Shown here one piece after another: positions 1 to 11,738 of a stretch of DNA of 42,971 bases. Where the stretch lies: assembly GCA_010015805.1 (NCBI GenBank), contig ML978144.1, positions 186,001-228,971 on the forward strand, given 5' to 3'. This DNA is from Rhizodiscina lignyota. Taxonomy: Eukaryota. The translations under genes were made by a program, and so were the position numbers. The notes beneath the pieces were generated by a model that searched no databases, had not been told where the DNA came from, and saw only the letters and a list, made by a program, of their open reading frames with translations. The number at the start of each line of letters is the position of its first letter. Within the stretch, counting starts at the first letter, position 1.

Positions 1-968
1 CGGCCGTCTCCAACTATAAAACCATCCATTTTCATCAATCACATAGGCTTCGGCCGTGTTTTCTCCCTGACAAACCTCGCCAACAGTAACCACCTTCCAG
101 GGTCTTACGCGATGAGCTTCAGTCCATCCTCAATCGTCACTCCATCCTTGCAATCCTCATTGGCTTCTCCACACAACTGCGGCGAGAAGCTCCCTGTCAT
201 TGCGAGAGCAATGAAGAACCAAGTTTTCGGTTATCGCGTGGAGCTTTTCCGTGTGTCGTGGAAGGGATTGGGTCAGACAATACGTTAGTCGGCTGAGCCA
301 AACAGCAGACATCCACTGCTATCCCATTCTTATGAACGTCGGGTTCTTATGGACAGCGTACGAGAATCACAGGAGACGCTAGAAAAGGCTGCATCCCTGG
401 AAGAGGCAAGTGGGTGACAAAATAGTTGAGTCATGGTTGCAATATATCGAACAGCGAGGATGTATATCCTCAGTAGCTACTATATATTATAGATACTGAA
501 GCTGCGCGTTTTGGACAAATGCGCGCTGGCGTATATTTAATGGAGCTTCCAGAGATGCTCTCGCTCCCCCTGAACAATGAAATTGCTTCTTACTGCAGCC
601 TTTCAGTTAAGCGGGAGAGGAATCGATCTGCAATCTGTGGGGTACTCCAGACCTTGTTGCGCCACGACTGCAGCCAAGGCAACATGCAGCAGAACGCCAA
701 TCAGGCAGCTCAACTTGCATCAGGAGCATCTCCTTGCAGAAACCGCATGGGGACATATGCGGCCAATTCGTATTGATGACTGGTTGGTAGCACAGATGCC
801 CTTTTGCGCTCAGTATATCCGATGAGGTTACACTGGGATCGGCATATTCAGCTTTAGGCAGGTTGCTGCGGAGTAGAGTAAGGTCGTTTCAGCTACTAAT
901 TAAATCTTTCTACAGCGCAATAATCGGGTTCACGTTTTGTCCCAGTGGCCCGATCTCGTTCATCAGCT

Positions 969-2453
969 ATGGAGAAGCATATCAAGGCCTCCGCGAGTAC
1001 ATTCGACGTCACAGTACCACGATTGGAGATCGTGGACAGCCAGGTTCGAGACACTGAGCAAAATGCGCAGCTCTATCGACAGATTGATTGGCATATCATG
1101 CCGCTCATGTTCCTCTGCTATTTTCTGCAGTTCCTCGACAAGGTCGTTCTCAACTATGCCAACATCATGGGCCTGACCACATCGCTGCACATGGATACCA
1201 ATCAATTCTCCTGGCTAGCATCAGCATTCTTCATCGCATATGCGGTAGCCGAGTTTCCGCAGGGCTACTTGCTCCAGAAGTTTCCAATCAGTAAGATCCT
1301 TGGGGTGAACGTCTTTCTCTGGGGCATCACACTCTGCTGCACAGCCGCTGCGAAGAGCTTTGCTAGTATTGCAGCACTGGGGGTCCTTCTCGGATGTTTT
1401 GAAGCCATCATTTCACCTGCACTAATCATGATCACTTCGCAATGGTACACGAAGAGAATGGGAACGCCTCGAGTGGGTATCTGGTATTGCGGTCTCGACG
1501 CCGGACAGATCATTGGAGGTCTGATATCGTTTGGTGCACAGCATGGCGATGCCACTGCGTCTTTTTCTGGCTGGCGTATCATGTTTGTGGCTGTCGGGGC
1601 GTTTAACATTCTTGTTGCTGTGGCGGTCATCCTCTTCTTGCCGAACAACGTGGACTCCGCCAGTTTTCTGTCAGAGGATGAGAAAGTTGCTATCCACGAC
1701 CTCTTGATACTCGATCAGGGTGGCAACGGCAAGAAGGTCTTCAAGTTTTGGTCCCTGTGGGAGACCGCCGCGGATCTACAAGTGTGGCTTCTCTTTATCC
1801 TTACTATCCTAATCGCGATTCCAAGCGGTGTCATCACCACATTCTCCGCCGTCCTCATCAAGGGCTTCGGTTACACAGCGAAACAGTCAGCTCTTCTCAA
1901 TATGCCCTCGGGTGCCGTCAGTATCTTTGCAACACTTATCTGCACGTTCGCAATTCTGAAGAACTTCCCGCGGTGGTTAGGAATTTGCGTCTTGATGGCG
2001 CCAACATTGATTGGAGCAGGTTTGATGTCCTTCTACAAAGGTACGAGGGGAGGCGTTCTGGCTGGAATATACCTGATCAACTTTGATGTCGCTCCGTTGG
2101 CACTCATCTATGCGCTCGTTGGCGGTAACACCCAAGGCTACACCAAGCGAGTTGCCACAAACGCCATCGTTGCCATCGGTTTCAGCGTTGCGAATATCAT
2201 CGGACCACAGACATTTCGAACACACGAAGCGCCTGGTTATATTTCGGCCAAAATTACAATTTTTGCTGTGAACGGCGCATCGATCGTTGTGGCAGTCCTG
2301 CTGAGATTGTTATATGGGAATCGGAACCGGAAGAGAATGCAGAACAGAAAGATGCAGCTTGACGCCGTTGGACGAGGCGAGATGACAGTTAAGGAAATAG
2401 AAGAGGACGATATGACTGACGTGACGAATACAGCTTTCGTTTACAATTACTGA
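969..2453 (+). CDS. MFS transporter, anion:cation symporter family (allantoate permease Dal5-like), 494 aa, intronless
   Basis: First ATG is at 969 (the ORF-track start at 945 is GTG). Family motifs: 'IDWHIMPLMFLCYFLQFLDK', 'SGWRIMF', 'NTQGYTKR', 'NIIGPQTF' and C-terminal 'DMTDVTNTAFVY'. About 12 hydrophobic segments. Confidence 0.92.
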   Translation: MEKHIKASASTFDVTVPRLEIVDSQVRDTEQNAQLYRQIDWHIMPLMFLCYFLQFLDKVVLNYANIMGLTTSLHMDTNQFSWLASAFFIAYAVAEFPQGYLLQKFPISKILGVNVFLWGITLCCTAAAKSFASIAALGVLLGCFEAIISPALIMITSQWYTKRMGTPRVGIWYCGLDAGQIIGGLISFGAQHGDATASFSGWRIMFVAVGAFNILVAVAVILFLPNNVDSASFLSEDEKVAIHDLLILDQGGNGKKVFKFWSLWETAADLQVWLLFILTILIAIPSGVITTFSAVLIKGFGYTAKQSALLNMPSGAVSIFATLICTFAILKNFPRWLGICVLMAPTLIGAGLMSFYKGTRGGVLAGIYLINFDVAPLALIYALVGGNTQGYTKRVATNAIVAIGFSVANIIGPQTFRTHEAPGYISAKITIFAVNGASIVVAVLLRLLYGNRNRKRMQNRKMQLDAVGRGEMTVKEIEEDDMTDVTNTAFVYNY

Positions 2454-2630
2454 AAGAAAAGAGTACACTGCTGTTCTCTGAAAGTAGCTGTCTCTATTGT
2501 GACTTGGAGATGGCTTGGAGATGAATTATATTTCATTTCGTAATTCTCTCAAGATGATTGCAAGAAGGGTGTCATATTCTCACTCAAGCGACTCGGCTTT
2601 GAACTCTTTGACGAGCAATGCCATCCTCGC

Positions 2631-3461
2631 TCATGACCGCAAAAAGTCAAGAAGATCCTGATTGATCTCCTCAATATGGATATTCGGCAACGCGTGCGGT
2701 CCACCCGGATACTCTTTCAGCTTCCCATTCGGTAGAATTTTGATTCCCTCACGAGCACTCGCACCAATCGGCACCACCTGATCATCGGTGCCGTGCAAGA
2801 GCAGTACGGGAATGTCCATTTTCTTCAAATCTTCGGTACAATCCGTCTCCGAGAAGGCCTTGATGCAGTCGTAATAGCCAATGAAGGAACACATCATAGC
2901 TTGCTGCCACCAGCTCCAGATCAGACCCTGACTTAGCTTTGCGCCTTCACGGTTGAAGCCGAAGAACGGGCCAGTTGGGACGTCGATAGAGAACTGCGCC
3001 CGATCTTTCTTCGTGGCGTCTCGGAAGCTATTGAAGACCTCAATCGACAGGCCACCAGGGTTCTTGTCGGTCTTGAGCATGAGCGGAGGAATCGAGGAGA
3101 CAAGAACTGCTTTAGAGACGCGGCTGGTTCCATGTCGGCCACAATATCGCGCTACTTCTCCGCCGCCCGTGGAGTGGCCGACCATCATGATATCTTTCAG
3201 GTCGAGATGATCAAACAGCTCAGCGAGGTCATCGGCGTATTGATCCAAGTTGTTGCCCTCCCATGGTTGGCTTGAGCGGCCATGTCCACGTCTGTCGTGT
3301 GCAATCACGCGGTAGCCCTGGCTAGCAAGGAAGTACATCTGGTTCTCCCAGTTGTCGCTGTTCAGTGGCCATCCATGGGAGAACGTGACCACAGCACCAT
3401 TTTTGTTGCCCCAATCTTTGTAGTAGATCTCCGTACCATCTTTTGTGGTGATATATGGCAT
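2631..3461 (-). CDS. Non-heme chloroperoxidase / perhydrolase-type alpha/beta hydrolase, 276 aa, intronless
   Basis: Motifs: '[13 protein letters not shown]', 'FSHGWPL', '[13 protein letters not shown]', nucleophile elbow GHSTGG, 'HGTDDQVVP' (acid) and 'GGPHAL' (His). These match the Ser-Asp-His cofactor-free haloperoxidase/arylesterase family. Confidence 0.93.
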   Translation of the reverse strand: MPYITTKDGTEIYYKDWGNKNGAVVTFSHGWPLNSDNWENQMYFLASQGYRVIAHDRRGHGRSSQPWEGNNLDQYADDLAELFDHLDLKDIMMVGHSTGGGEVARYCGRHGTSRVSKAVLVSSIPPLMLKTDKNPGGLSIEVFNSFRDATKKDRAQFSIDVPTGPFFGFNREGAKLSQGLIWSWWQQAMMCSFIGYYDCIKAFSETDCTEDLKKMDIPVLLLHGTDDQVVPIGASAREGIKILPNGKLKEYPGGPHALPNIHIEEINQDLLDFLRS

Positions 3462-3879
3462 GTTGATGTCTGTTGCGAGAGGGTGAAAGCGTAGTGTTGC
3501 TTCTCAATCTGCCCAATTGTTGCAATATCTGGCGAGAATGTAAAGATAAAGCGTGGTTCAAGCATCCTTTATACTTTCCAGCAGCCTGCTGTCTAGACCT
3601 TATCCATTGCTATATCAGGCTAAGCCGTGGCTCGTGGTTACATTGGACAGGGTTCTGAATCGGCATTTGAGACGCATTTGGCCGTGACAGCGAAGATAGA
3701 AGCGAGGGGAAGTCAACCACCTTCATTGGAGAAGCCATAAAAGATCTATACCCAGGCGAGCCACTGTAGATTAGTAAGTCAGTCACGTTTAGTATTCCAG
3801 CGAAGCTGTACGAAAGCTGGCTTGCCAAGGGGATTACTTCAGCGGCTTCGTCATCGAGATAAATGCGACTGTCGTAGAG

Positions 3880-4338
3880 TTGCGCGAAACCTGTGGTCTT
3901 CAAAGACCAATCATTGAGATAACTTTTGAATATCCTGCTTCGCCTGATTGGGTTGAATCGAACAGTTTCGCATCTGCAGGTAACCGATGGTGGGACCGAT
4001 GGTGGGACGGGATCGAGGTCGAATTTCGAGCAATAGACGCGCAGGAAACCTTCATGGATGCGATTATTCAGTCCAGATTTCCTTATTCAGCGATCCACCA
4101 CCAACTTCAGCATGTCTCTTAGACATAAAGAATTCAACGAGATTCATGTTGGGCAAGTAGTGACAATGAAAACTCCTTCGACCTGCGGCGCTTTGAGAGC
4201 AAAGAGACCATCGTACCTATCCTGTCGGCCGGACGCTCAAGCGCTTCAACTGCAGCTCAGTCGCCACAATCATGAATAATGGCAGCTCCGAACGAGAATT
4301 GTATTTCTCAACTTAACAAGGCTGTTGCCGTCTACTGA
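3880..4338 (+). pseudogene. Possible decayed gene fragment of unknown family
   Basis: Protein-like reading (RPIIEITFEYPASPDW...GIEVEFRAID...ENSFDLRRFESKETIVPILSAGRSS) broken by in-frame stops. Contains an in-frame 12-bp tandem duplication at 3983-4006. No family recognised. Confidence 0.25.
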
Positions 4339-4577
4339 CAGATTTGACGTTTCAAAAGTGGCGGCGTGGTGGGGTGGGGTAACAACCCGATCAGTGCGTA
4401 AGATATCGACACTATAACAAGATGCCCCGGAGCCAGTCTGAAGGATTTTGTCCGTGCCTTCTCACCTCTGACTTCAGCCAGCTTTCAATTAGCCGTTCCG
4501 TAGATGGACTCCTGAAGACCCACTGACCCTCTCCAGATCTTTGAACTCGTGCGAGAAATGCATCTTGATTCCCTATC

Positions 4578-6885
4578 ATGTTTTGTGGAGCATGTCAATC
4601 TTTTTGTGAAACCGTCTCCAGAGACACAAGCAACAATGGGTTAGTCGACGGCAAACTAGTCTGGACGCCCACGACCAGTCTACTTCACGACAGTATCGAT
4701 GGCCTTCGAAAAGCCTCCACTGCGGGGTGTTCCATATGCCGCAACATCTGGTACAGCTGGAATGATAGAGAGCAGCGCAATGTCGACTTAAGTTCTTCAG
4801 TACGCATTGAAGTATTCGTGGATCAAGGCATACCAATGTTGAAAGCGTCTGTGGTAAGCCCAAATGGATCAGAGACACCAATAAAATCCCGGATGATGGG
4901 CATGTATCTGGGCCAGACATCCTCCGGTAATCATATCCGGACCATGCGCATCATTTCTATGCTGACCGTACTGTCAAGAGGCCATTTCCGAAGTCCTGCG
5001 CAAGTGCTCCAATTTGGAAAACAATAACACGGGATCTCCGTCGAGCTTCGAAATGGCTCGATTCTGGTTGAATGATTGCCTCGAGAATCATGTTGAATGT
5101 CCAAAACCGACTCCCTTCTTACCGGCCAGGGTCATAGATGTTGGTCCTCCAGACGGATCTAAAGACCCGTGCCTTTTCGAGGAGTCACTACACGATGACG
5201 AGCTCCCGAGTTCAGAAAGAAGGTACATTGCCTTAAGTCATTGCTGGGGTCCTCCCCCGTGGTTCCGCACTACCAACGATACGCTCGATGAGCGGCGATC
5301 GTCAATTTCAATGTCGGACTTGCCTCCAACCTTCCGTGATGCAGTTGTAGTTACACGTATGCTAAATGTACGGTACCTCTGGATCGACTCTTTGTGTATA
5401 ATCCAAGGGAACAAGGAAGATTGGGCAAAGGAGGCTGTTCGTATGTGTGACTATTACCAGAATGCATTGTGCACCATCACGTCTGCGCACTCGCCAAGTT
5501 CACATGGAGGACTGTTTGTTCAAAGAGATGGTGTCCGGATCTTGCCTTTCGAAATTGACATTATATTGCCGGACAGGACGGCGCACTCTCAATTCTCACC
5601 CATGCCGAAGCGAGAAATCATGTTCGACGCCGAAGACTTGCCGCTGTATAAACGTGCTTGGGTGCTACAAGAGATGATACTATCATCTCGTGCGCTAATC
5701 TATGATCCAGATGCTGTGAGATGGGAATGCCTCTCTAAGTACGGCTCCGAGCGTTCACCAGATGGCGGCATTGGACGCCATCACGTCCGCATACGCGATC
5801 TGCAGAAAGCGATTGCGCATCTCAATCAAAATCTCGACGTCATGGATATCATTGGAGACAGTATAGAGCAGAGAGCCTCTGGCTGGCAGCACATCGTCGA
5901 GGACTATATGGGCCGAGGCCTTACGAACGAATCTGACCGCCTTATTGCAATGGCTGGAGTAGCAGAAGCTATGCAGAAACATACTTCAGACGTCTACATC
6001 GCTGGCCTCTGGAAGAACCTATTGCCTTACGGCCTCACGTGGCATGTTAGGAACGTGGTTGATCAAAGTGTGATAGCAGCAAACGGACCAAACATTGGCA
6101 TTGTCGCAAAGCCCCCTCCGTATCGAAACAAAGATCCCATTGCACCTTCATGGTCGTTTACATCAGTCAATGTAAACGTTAAATACAACTCCGCGATTCA
6201 AGAACTACCAGTGTGTCAGATTCTCGGTGCCCAAGTCGATGGCCAGCCAGATGCTCAGGCTGGGAAGCTGACCATCTATGGAGATACGCGAACCCTCTAC
6301 ATGATGCGAGAAAAAAACTCAATTCTGACAGAGGCAATAGAACTAGCGAGAAACGGGAAATACAAATATGAAGAAGACTACGGTTTAAAACAATCGCTCA
6401 TTCGGCCTGACAACACTATTTTGGTCTCCTCTGACCCGCCAAAATGGCGCAGCAAGGCACAAGCTATTACCGGGAGCTGGTATCCAGACGAGATTGTCGA
6501 TCCTGAAGTACCTGTCACATTTATCGCTCTATTACAGCGCCCGTATCTCCCTGCGATGCCGGGGGGTACGAGAAGCCAGGTAGTCCATACGCTTGCACTT
6601 ACACCCACTGGAAAAGCCGAAAGCGAGTACCGTCGCATTGGATATGCTGCATGGGAGGACTGCACCTGGTACGGATATGACTGCTGCGAGTACAGGAAAT
6701 CAAAGGCCGATCCCTACGCTCGTCTCGCGAAATCGTGGGGAAGAATAAAGCCTCCGCAGCTTGCAGCCAATGGCACGAATGATCATCCAGTCGAGTCTCA
6801 CACTGTTTCTCATGATCCGCTACCTTCCGAAGAGGCGTATCATGCAATTGCGCAGATGGAGCGAAAGACGGTCGTGATCGTTTGA
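4578..6885 (+). CDS. Heterokaryon-incompatibility (HET) domain protein, ~751 aa; exons 4578-4926 and 4979-6885
   Basis: Intron 4927-4978 (GTAATC, branch GCTGAC, AAG) joins ORF 4578 to ORF 5014 in frame. HET motifs: 'WLNDCLENHVEC', 'LPARVIDVG', 'YIALSHCWG', 'LPPTFRDAV', 'RYLWIDSLCIIQ', 'PLYKRAWVLQE', 'APSWS'. Confidence 0.93.
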
Positions 6886-6924
6886 TTCTCATGGTTCTGT
6901 CAAAGCGGTGTGTCATTTAGAGCT

Positions 6925-8184
6925 TTACTTGAGGGCCCGTCTCTTGAGAACAGCCGAGTTTTCGTTCAGATTCTGCCAATCGTGCGCATCTAGACACGCC
7001 TGTCTGCTCAGAAGCACCGCTGCGCTTGTTCGGCTTCGCATCTCTGCTTCAAATTCGTCGATTGCGGACTTCTGACTCTCGCCGTGGTGAATTGCTTGCA
7101 GAGCCTCACAGAGACGGTACGCATCGAGGATGCCGTGATTAGCGGCCTCACCGCGATACATTGTCATCGCATGCGCAGCGTCTCCGACGAGCGTCACAGA
7201 CCCTCCGCGGTTATCCCATTCCAGGCAGGGCCAATCAACAAGCCTGATTTCAGTGACAACCGAATTCTCCGGAATCGCATCGATCACGGCCTTCAACTTG
7301 GGTGACCAACCGGTTGCTTTCTGCTTCATCTGTGCGAGTCTTCCGGCGTCCGTCTCTTTGACTTCGTCATCGGGACTCTTTACCGGCCACGACACATTCA
7401 ACTGGACGCGATATCGCTCATTCGGAGTCCCTGCAGTCCCATTGATTTCTGGAACTTCGAGCATGGAGCACCAGAGGTAGCTTCCAGTGTCTGGATGACA
7501 GCCTTGGAACAGTAGAGGGTCGAGGTCGCGCAAAGGTTTGACTTGATCAGGCGTCATGTCAACGGCTGCACCAATGAATCGCACGGGGAGGAGACTGTTG
7601 ATATAGTTTCCAGGGCAGAGGAACTGGCGGGTGCGAGAATTGGTGCCTTCTGCACCGATCAATAGCGAGCCCGTTACTTGGGAGCCATCTTCGAAGACAG
7701 CCGTCACATCATTGGAAGAGCTGTCCTTAATGATATCGATAAGTGTCTTCGACCAGTGGACGCGGTCTGCAATCCCCTGCAAGAGGAGTCTCCGCATCTT
7801 CTCGCGATTGACTCGCCTCCGCTCGTTTGGCGGAATGCGAAACTTTGCCTCTTCAGTAGCTAGATTGATAAATAAAAAGTTCCCTGTGTCGTTTCGGCCG
7901 ACTTCCGGATCGACTTGAACGCTGTTTAATGCTTCATAAGTCTCCTGATCGAGCAGCTTCTTGAGGTACGGAAGAACCCAGTGGAGGGTGATCGCCCATC
8001 CTTGATCGCGAGAGTCAATGCTGCCATCACGCTCGTAGATCTCAAATGGTATTCCAGACTTGAATTTCATTAGCGCTGCATGTAGTCATCAAGTAGTGGC
8101 TTTAATAACCTTCCTCAAACCGTGGCCGAGTGTAAGACCGACAACTCCAGAGCCAATGATGATGACTGGTTTGACCGAAGACAT
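6925..8184 (-). CDS. FAD-dependent monooxygenase (group A flavoprotein hydroxylase), ~402 aa; exons 8184-8110 and 8058-6925
   Basis: Exon 1 supplies the Rossmann motif MSSVKPVIIIGSGVVGL. Intron 8059-8109 (GTTATT, GCTAAT, AAG). DG-like motif 'LIGAEG' and GD motif 'TLVGDAAHAMTMYRGEAANHG'. Confidence 0.9.
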
Positions 8185-8944
8185 TTTAAATGAACTTCAG
8201 GTTTTCGCTTGAACACAATAGTCCCTTTAATTCAGCTGCTTGCAGTAAAGTAAACGTGCGTTGACAGCAAGGTAGGTGTCATTGCCACTTTTACGCACAG
8301 AAACACACAAGTTGGATGGCGTCAAGATTGATGAGAAAGAGGTGGCTGTCAATTAGTGAGGAGGTGCAGACTGAAGTTTAGGAGGCTTTTGTGTGTACCG
8401 AGCGTCTGGTTACAAGGGCATTGCTAGCGGTGGTGGGGGTTACAAGGGCCTGTAGCCTTGAAGTCGCAATTGACGGACGGACAGCAGAGCTCGGCCTCAC
8501 AAACATCATCATTGCCCTTTTAGATAAATCTGATATCTGATATCTGATGGTGAGAAATTTACTCAAGTCTCTTATGCACTTAGGCGTTCGGCGACTTCTT
8601 CCATCTGGCTCTCATCAAGTCTGTAGGCGTGCTCTTCTAGATATTCTCCAGTTTGTTTGTGAAACAAATAAACAGGAAGGATAGAGCCTCTCTTATGCTA
8701 GACAGACTGTGCTTTGGAGCGCGGAGGCATAAAGTAGACCAAGCTCGACCCCGTCCATTCATCTTTTACTAAAATTCAAGATATCAGATGTGCCGATATC
8801 AGCCCACTAATGCTTATCACTATTAAGAGTCCGAAAGCTCCAGACGCCATCGCATATCCGCTACTGACAGGCTTGCCTAGAAAGTCATTCATTAACTGCA
8901 GGAAGATCTCGAAACGAAAAAGTGCAACCTCTCACGTAAACAGC

Positions 8945-10230
8945 ATGGCAAAGGACAACGACGAAGCTGAGGACTTTTCCCCAAAGAAGCGTTCGAAGAT
9001 GACCTCTACCCCCATAAGGACAGACGCAGGACGACAGTTGAAAGATGGCACTCAGAAGGATGTCGATTCGGTCACCCTGGCCTATGATGTCAGCCAACAG
9101 GTAGGATGCTCTCTTTTGAAATGTCGTATTCTGGACACCATAGAAAAGGCACTGGCGGCTCTGCTTCTCCTGTGCGAATTTCATATCCTCCTAGAAATAT
9201 TCCTTTATTCCTATTTATGTTCTTAGATATTTCACTATGTCTATAAATGCGACGTTCTTCTAGTAGACAGAACATCTTCCCGCTGTCTGCTGGGTCACGA
9301 TATTGAAAGAACGCTTTTTCACGGAAATTACAAGGACTTCGGAGTAGATACACGGGTTAAAAGGATATCCCTTATCTACGGCTCTATATTCTATAGAGTG
9401 TGTATTCTATGTTAAAAGAGGCCTCTTCTACGATAGCTCTACGAACTTTTAAGCGTGTATATGATATTTAAGGATGCTTCTTCATTAGTAGCTACATAAA
9501 CATTTTAGTATCTACGCGGGGCCGTAGAAAGCTTCTGTATAAAGTACTTTCGTAGCTGTTAAAGATATATTCGGGCTTCGAGGAAGCCTCTTCGCTTCTT
9601 CTGCTATTTGAAAAGAGTCACGAATTGTTGTAAGCTGGCTAACCACTGCGGCCAGTGCTATCGATGTCTTCCTCTCTCGGTAGATGGAATTTGTGAGTTC
9701 TTGTCTCAGGGAGGTATTTTCAGCGACAAGGTTATGATTGTCGCTGCGCAGGTTACGATGAGATCGACCACGTAATCTTATAAGCGACTGCTGATAGAGC
9801 TACATAGAGGGAAGCCTGGTGTGATAGGCGTGACTATTAGCCGAGAGGGGAGCTTAAGAAGTACCCCCTAGATGTTACTAATGAGGGGGGGATATTCTGT
9901 CCATTGGAAGAGTTGGGCATTCATGTATGCCACAAGACGTTTGACAATACGGACGAAGTGAAAGAACATCTGTGGGAAAACATGAAATTCGAGTAGGCAA
10001 AGGCTAGCAATACCCTTGTACTAATGTACTATAGACCGGCTTGAGGAAGATGAAGCCGTACGAGAAACGTGGCTGTAAACATGGTATGAGCTGGTTTAGA
10101 GAAGGTAAAGAGGTTAAGCTCTTAAGCTTCTCTAAGTCGGTGCGGAAGAAGTAAATAACCTCCTATCGTAATCGAATACTTCCTCCACACTTACGGGAAG
10201 GGAGTGTTTCGATTTGGAAATTTCAATATA
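8945..10230 (+). pseudogene. Decayed Cys-rich ORF with RIP-like signature
   Basis: One frame runs from ATG 8945 (MAKDNDEAEDFSPKKRSK) to ~9870, interrupted only by TAA/TAG stops (eight counted, no TGA). 9200-9600 is visibly TpA-rich. Cys clusters such as CCKLANHCGQCYRC, and a later-frame CPLEELGIHVCHKTF...EHLW. End is approximate. Confidence 0.5.
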
Positions 10231-10456
10231 CTACGCGCTCCACGCATAGTACAAGCTCCGTCGACGAAGGCAAATCGGTGAAAAGAGCGTGCCTCAACAC
10301 ACAGCACGAACGGTACTTACGGCCACTGGCCCATTCCATCGTTCGCTTTCTCGTTAAGCCGACAGTGGTGCAAACACGGTACTGAAACTTACGTTAAAGG
10401 TGTTCGGGATTGGATCGCGATCAAGATCAGAAGGGGCTTGGAGAATAATCGTGGCC

Positions 10457-11300
10457 CTATTTCTGAATAGTTTTGGGAGTTGTACATGTTCGTTGAACGT
10501 GAATGGAGTGTCTTTCAGCAGTGAATCGTGTTTGTCTGCCTGAAGTTGAAGTCACAGCTTTATCCGCTCTGGGCACTGTATCCCAACTTCTTCCAACGCC
10601 GTGATTTGTTGACGACTCTCCGATCAACAAAGACTGCAGCTGAGTCACAGCGCGGAATATGATCTAATTTGACGGTGATGGCAATCTACTCTCTTTCTCC
10701 ATGTTGTCTCCAAAGTTGTTCCTTTTCGATTCGATCAAGACGCCACTCATCTGCAACTATCCGTCAACAGCGTGTGGATTGGGCTTCCATGCCGATATGC
10801 AGACTGCCGTGTCCATTTCCTTGCGGCATTTGCGCTTTGAAAATCCGAATCTCCTATCTGTGGATTTCCTCAGTTATTAAGATCACTCTCTCAAACTCTT
10901 TCTTTGTGTCCGCAAGCGGGGATAGGATCTCAGCACCAGCCGATATAAGGAACAACATGTCGAATACAGGCTTTGAGATGGCTGCTAAGTTAAGGAGAAG
11001 CCATACGGTTCAGCCGCTGTTTGCTTTCATCTCTTTCGGCACTCTTCTATTCTCGTTGATAGCTCTTGACGTTGTACTTTCTTTCGGTCGTTCAGGACAG
11101 AACGTGGGCCTTGATCTTCTCTCTTGCAATCTGTGCTGGCATCGCCGAGAGAAGATATCCAGGGACACGGGCAGCGGATGCTAATCATCTCAAGTCGTCG
11201 AGAAATCTGCCATCCAGCGACATTCCTTCACGAGCTTCAAAGCTGCTAAGGCTTGAATAGAGGGCCACTCCAACATCTGAAGATCAATCATTCGTCGTCG
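10457..11300 (-). pseudogene. Possible second decayed ORF
   Basis: The minus strand gives protein-like stretches (SSFEAREGMSLDGRFLDDLR*LASAARVPGYLLSAMPAQIAREKIKAHVLS*) broken by multiple stops. No family recognised and boundaries are approximate. Confidence 0.25.
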
Positions 11301-11558
11301 TTACAAGTGAGATCAAAGCTTCTCCGGGCCCGCTAGGCCTCGTCCCCATCCCTTGGGCCATCCCCGCCTGGGGCCTCCGGTACCGGTCAACAATCAACCC
11401 TCTAGCTTCCTATGCTTATATATGATACCTTCTGACCCTACTGGTGCTCGCAATCTTAGTTTAGGGGTAAAATTCGAGTGCGTAATTCTCCTCATCGACT
11501 GGGCAATCAGACTCACTGTTTGCAGGCTTCCCAGTCCCACCCTGACTTTGCTCGAGTC

Positions 11559-11594
11559 CCGGGTTCGAGTCCCGGAGGTTGCATTGTTATTTTT
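11559..11594 (+). other. tRNA-like 3' half (T-arm / Pol III B-box, acceptor strand, T5 run); not a complete tRNA
   Basis: CCGGG-TTCGAGT-CCCGG (5-bp stem, 7-nt loop) is followed by 7 nt AGGTTGC, a discriminator-position A, then TTTTT at 11590-11594. B-box GGTTCGAGTCC at 11562-11572. No A-box or D-arm upstream. Confidence 0.5.
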
Positions 11595-11738
11595 GGCCTT
11601 CCTGCAGAAAAGGATTTCTTTTTGAATTTGTTTTTGAAAGATCTATTGCTGCTTTGATTGCCCTTTTCTTTTTGGTGCCTCCAGAGTCTCTCGGCTGCGT
11701 CGTGGGTGATCCTGAGGGTGGGACGGGAGGGCTGACAG

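Noticed and set aside
1..200. Protein-like minus-strand fragment (GRWLLLARFVRGENTAEAYVIDENGWFYSW)
   Set aside because: It contains an upstream in-frame stop and runs off the window edge, so it cannot be classified.
8945..9870. Gene rescued by A-to-I editing of premature stops
   Set aside because: Too many stops, several of them TAA, plus an apparent later frameshift. Mutational decay is simpler.
10669..11184. 171-aa plus-strand ORF
   Set aside because: Non-ATG start, Ser/Leu/Phe-rich composition typical of antisense reading, and no motifs.
11325..11390. HDV-like ribozyme or other structured RNA in a GC-rich patch
   Set aside because: I could not assemble the nested double-pseudoknot pairings by eye. 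It would need an Infernal search.
11503..11583. Complete functional tRNA gene
   Set aside because: There is no A-box/D-arm or convincing anticodon arm; only the 3' half is tRNA-like.
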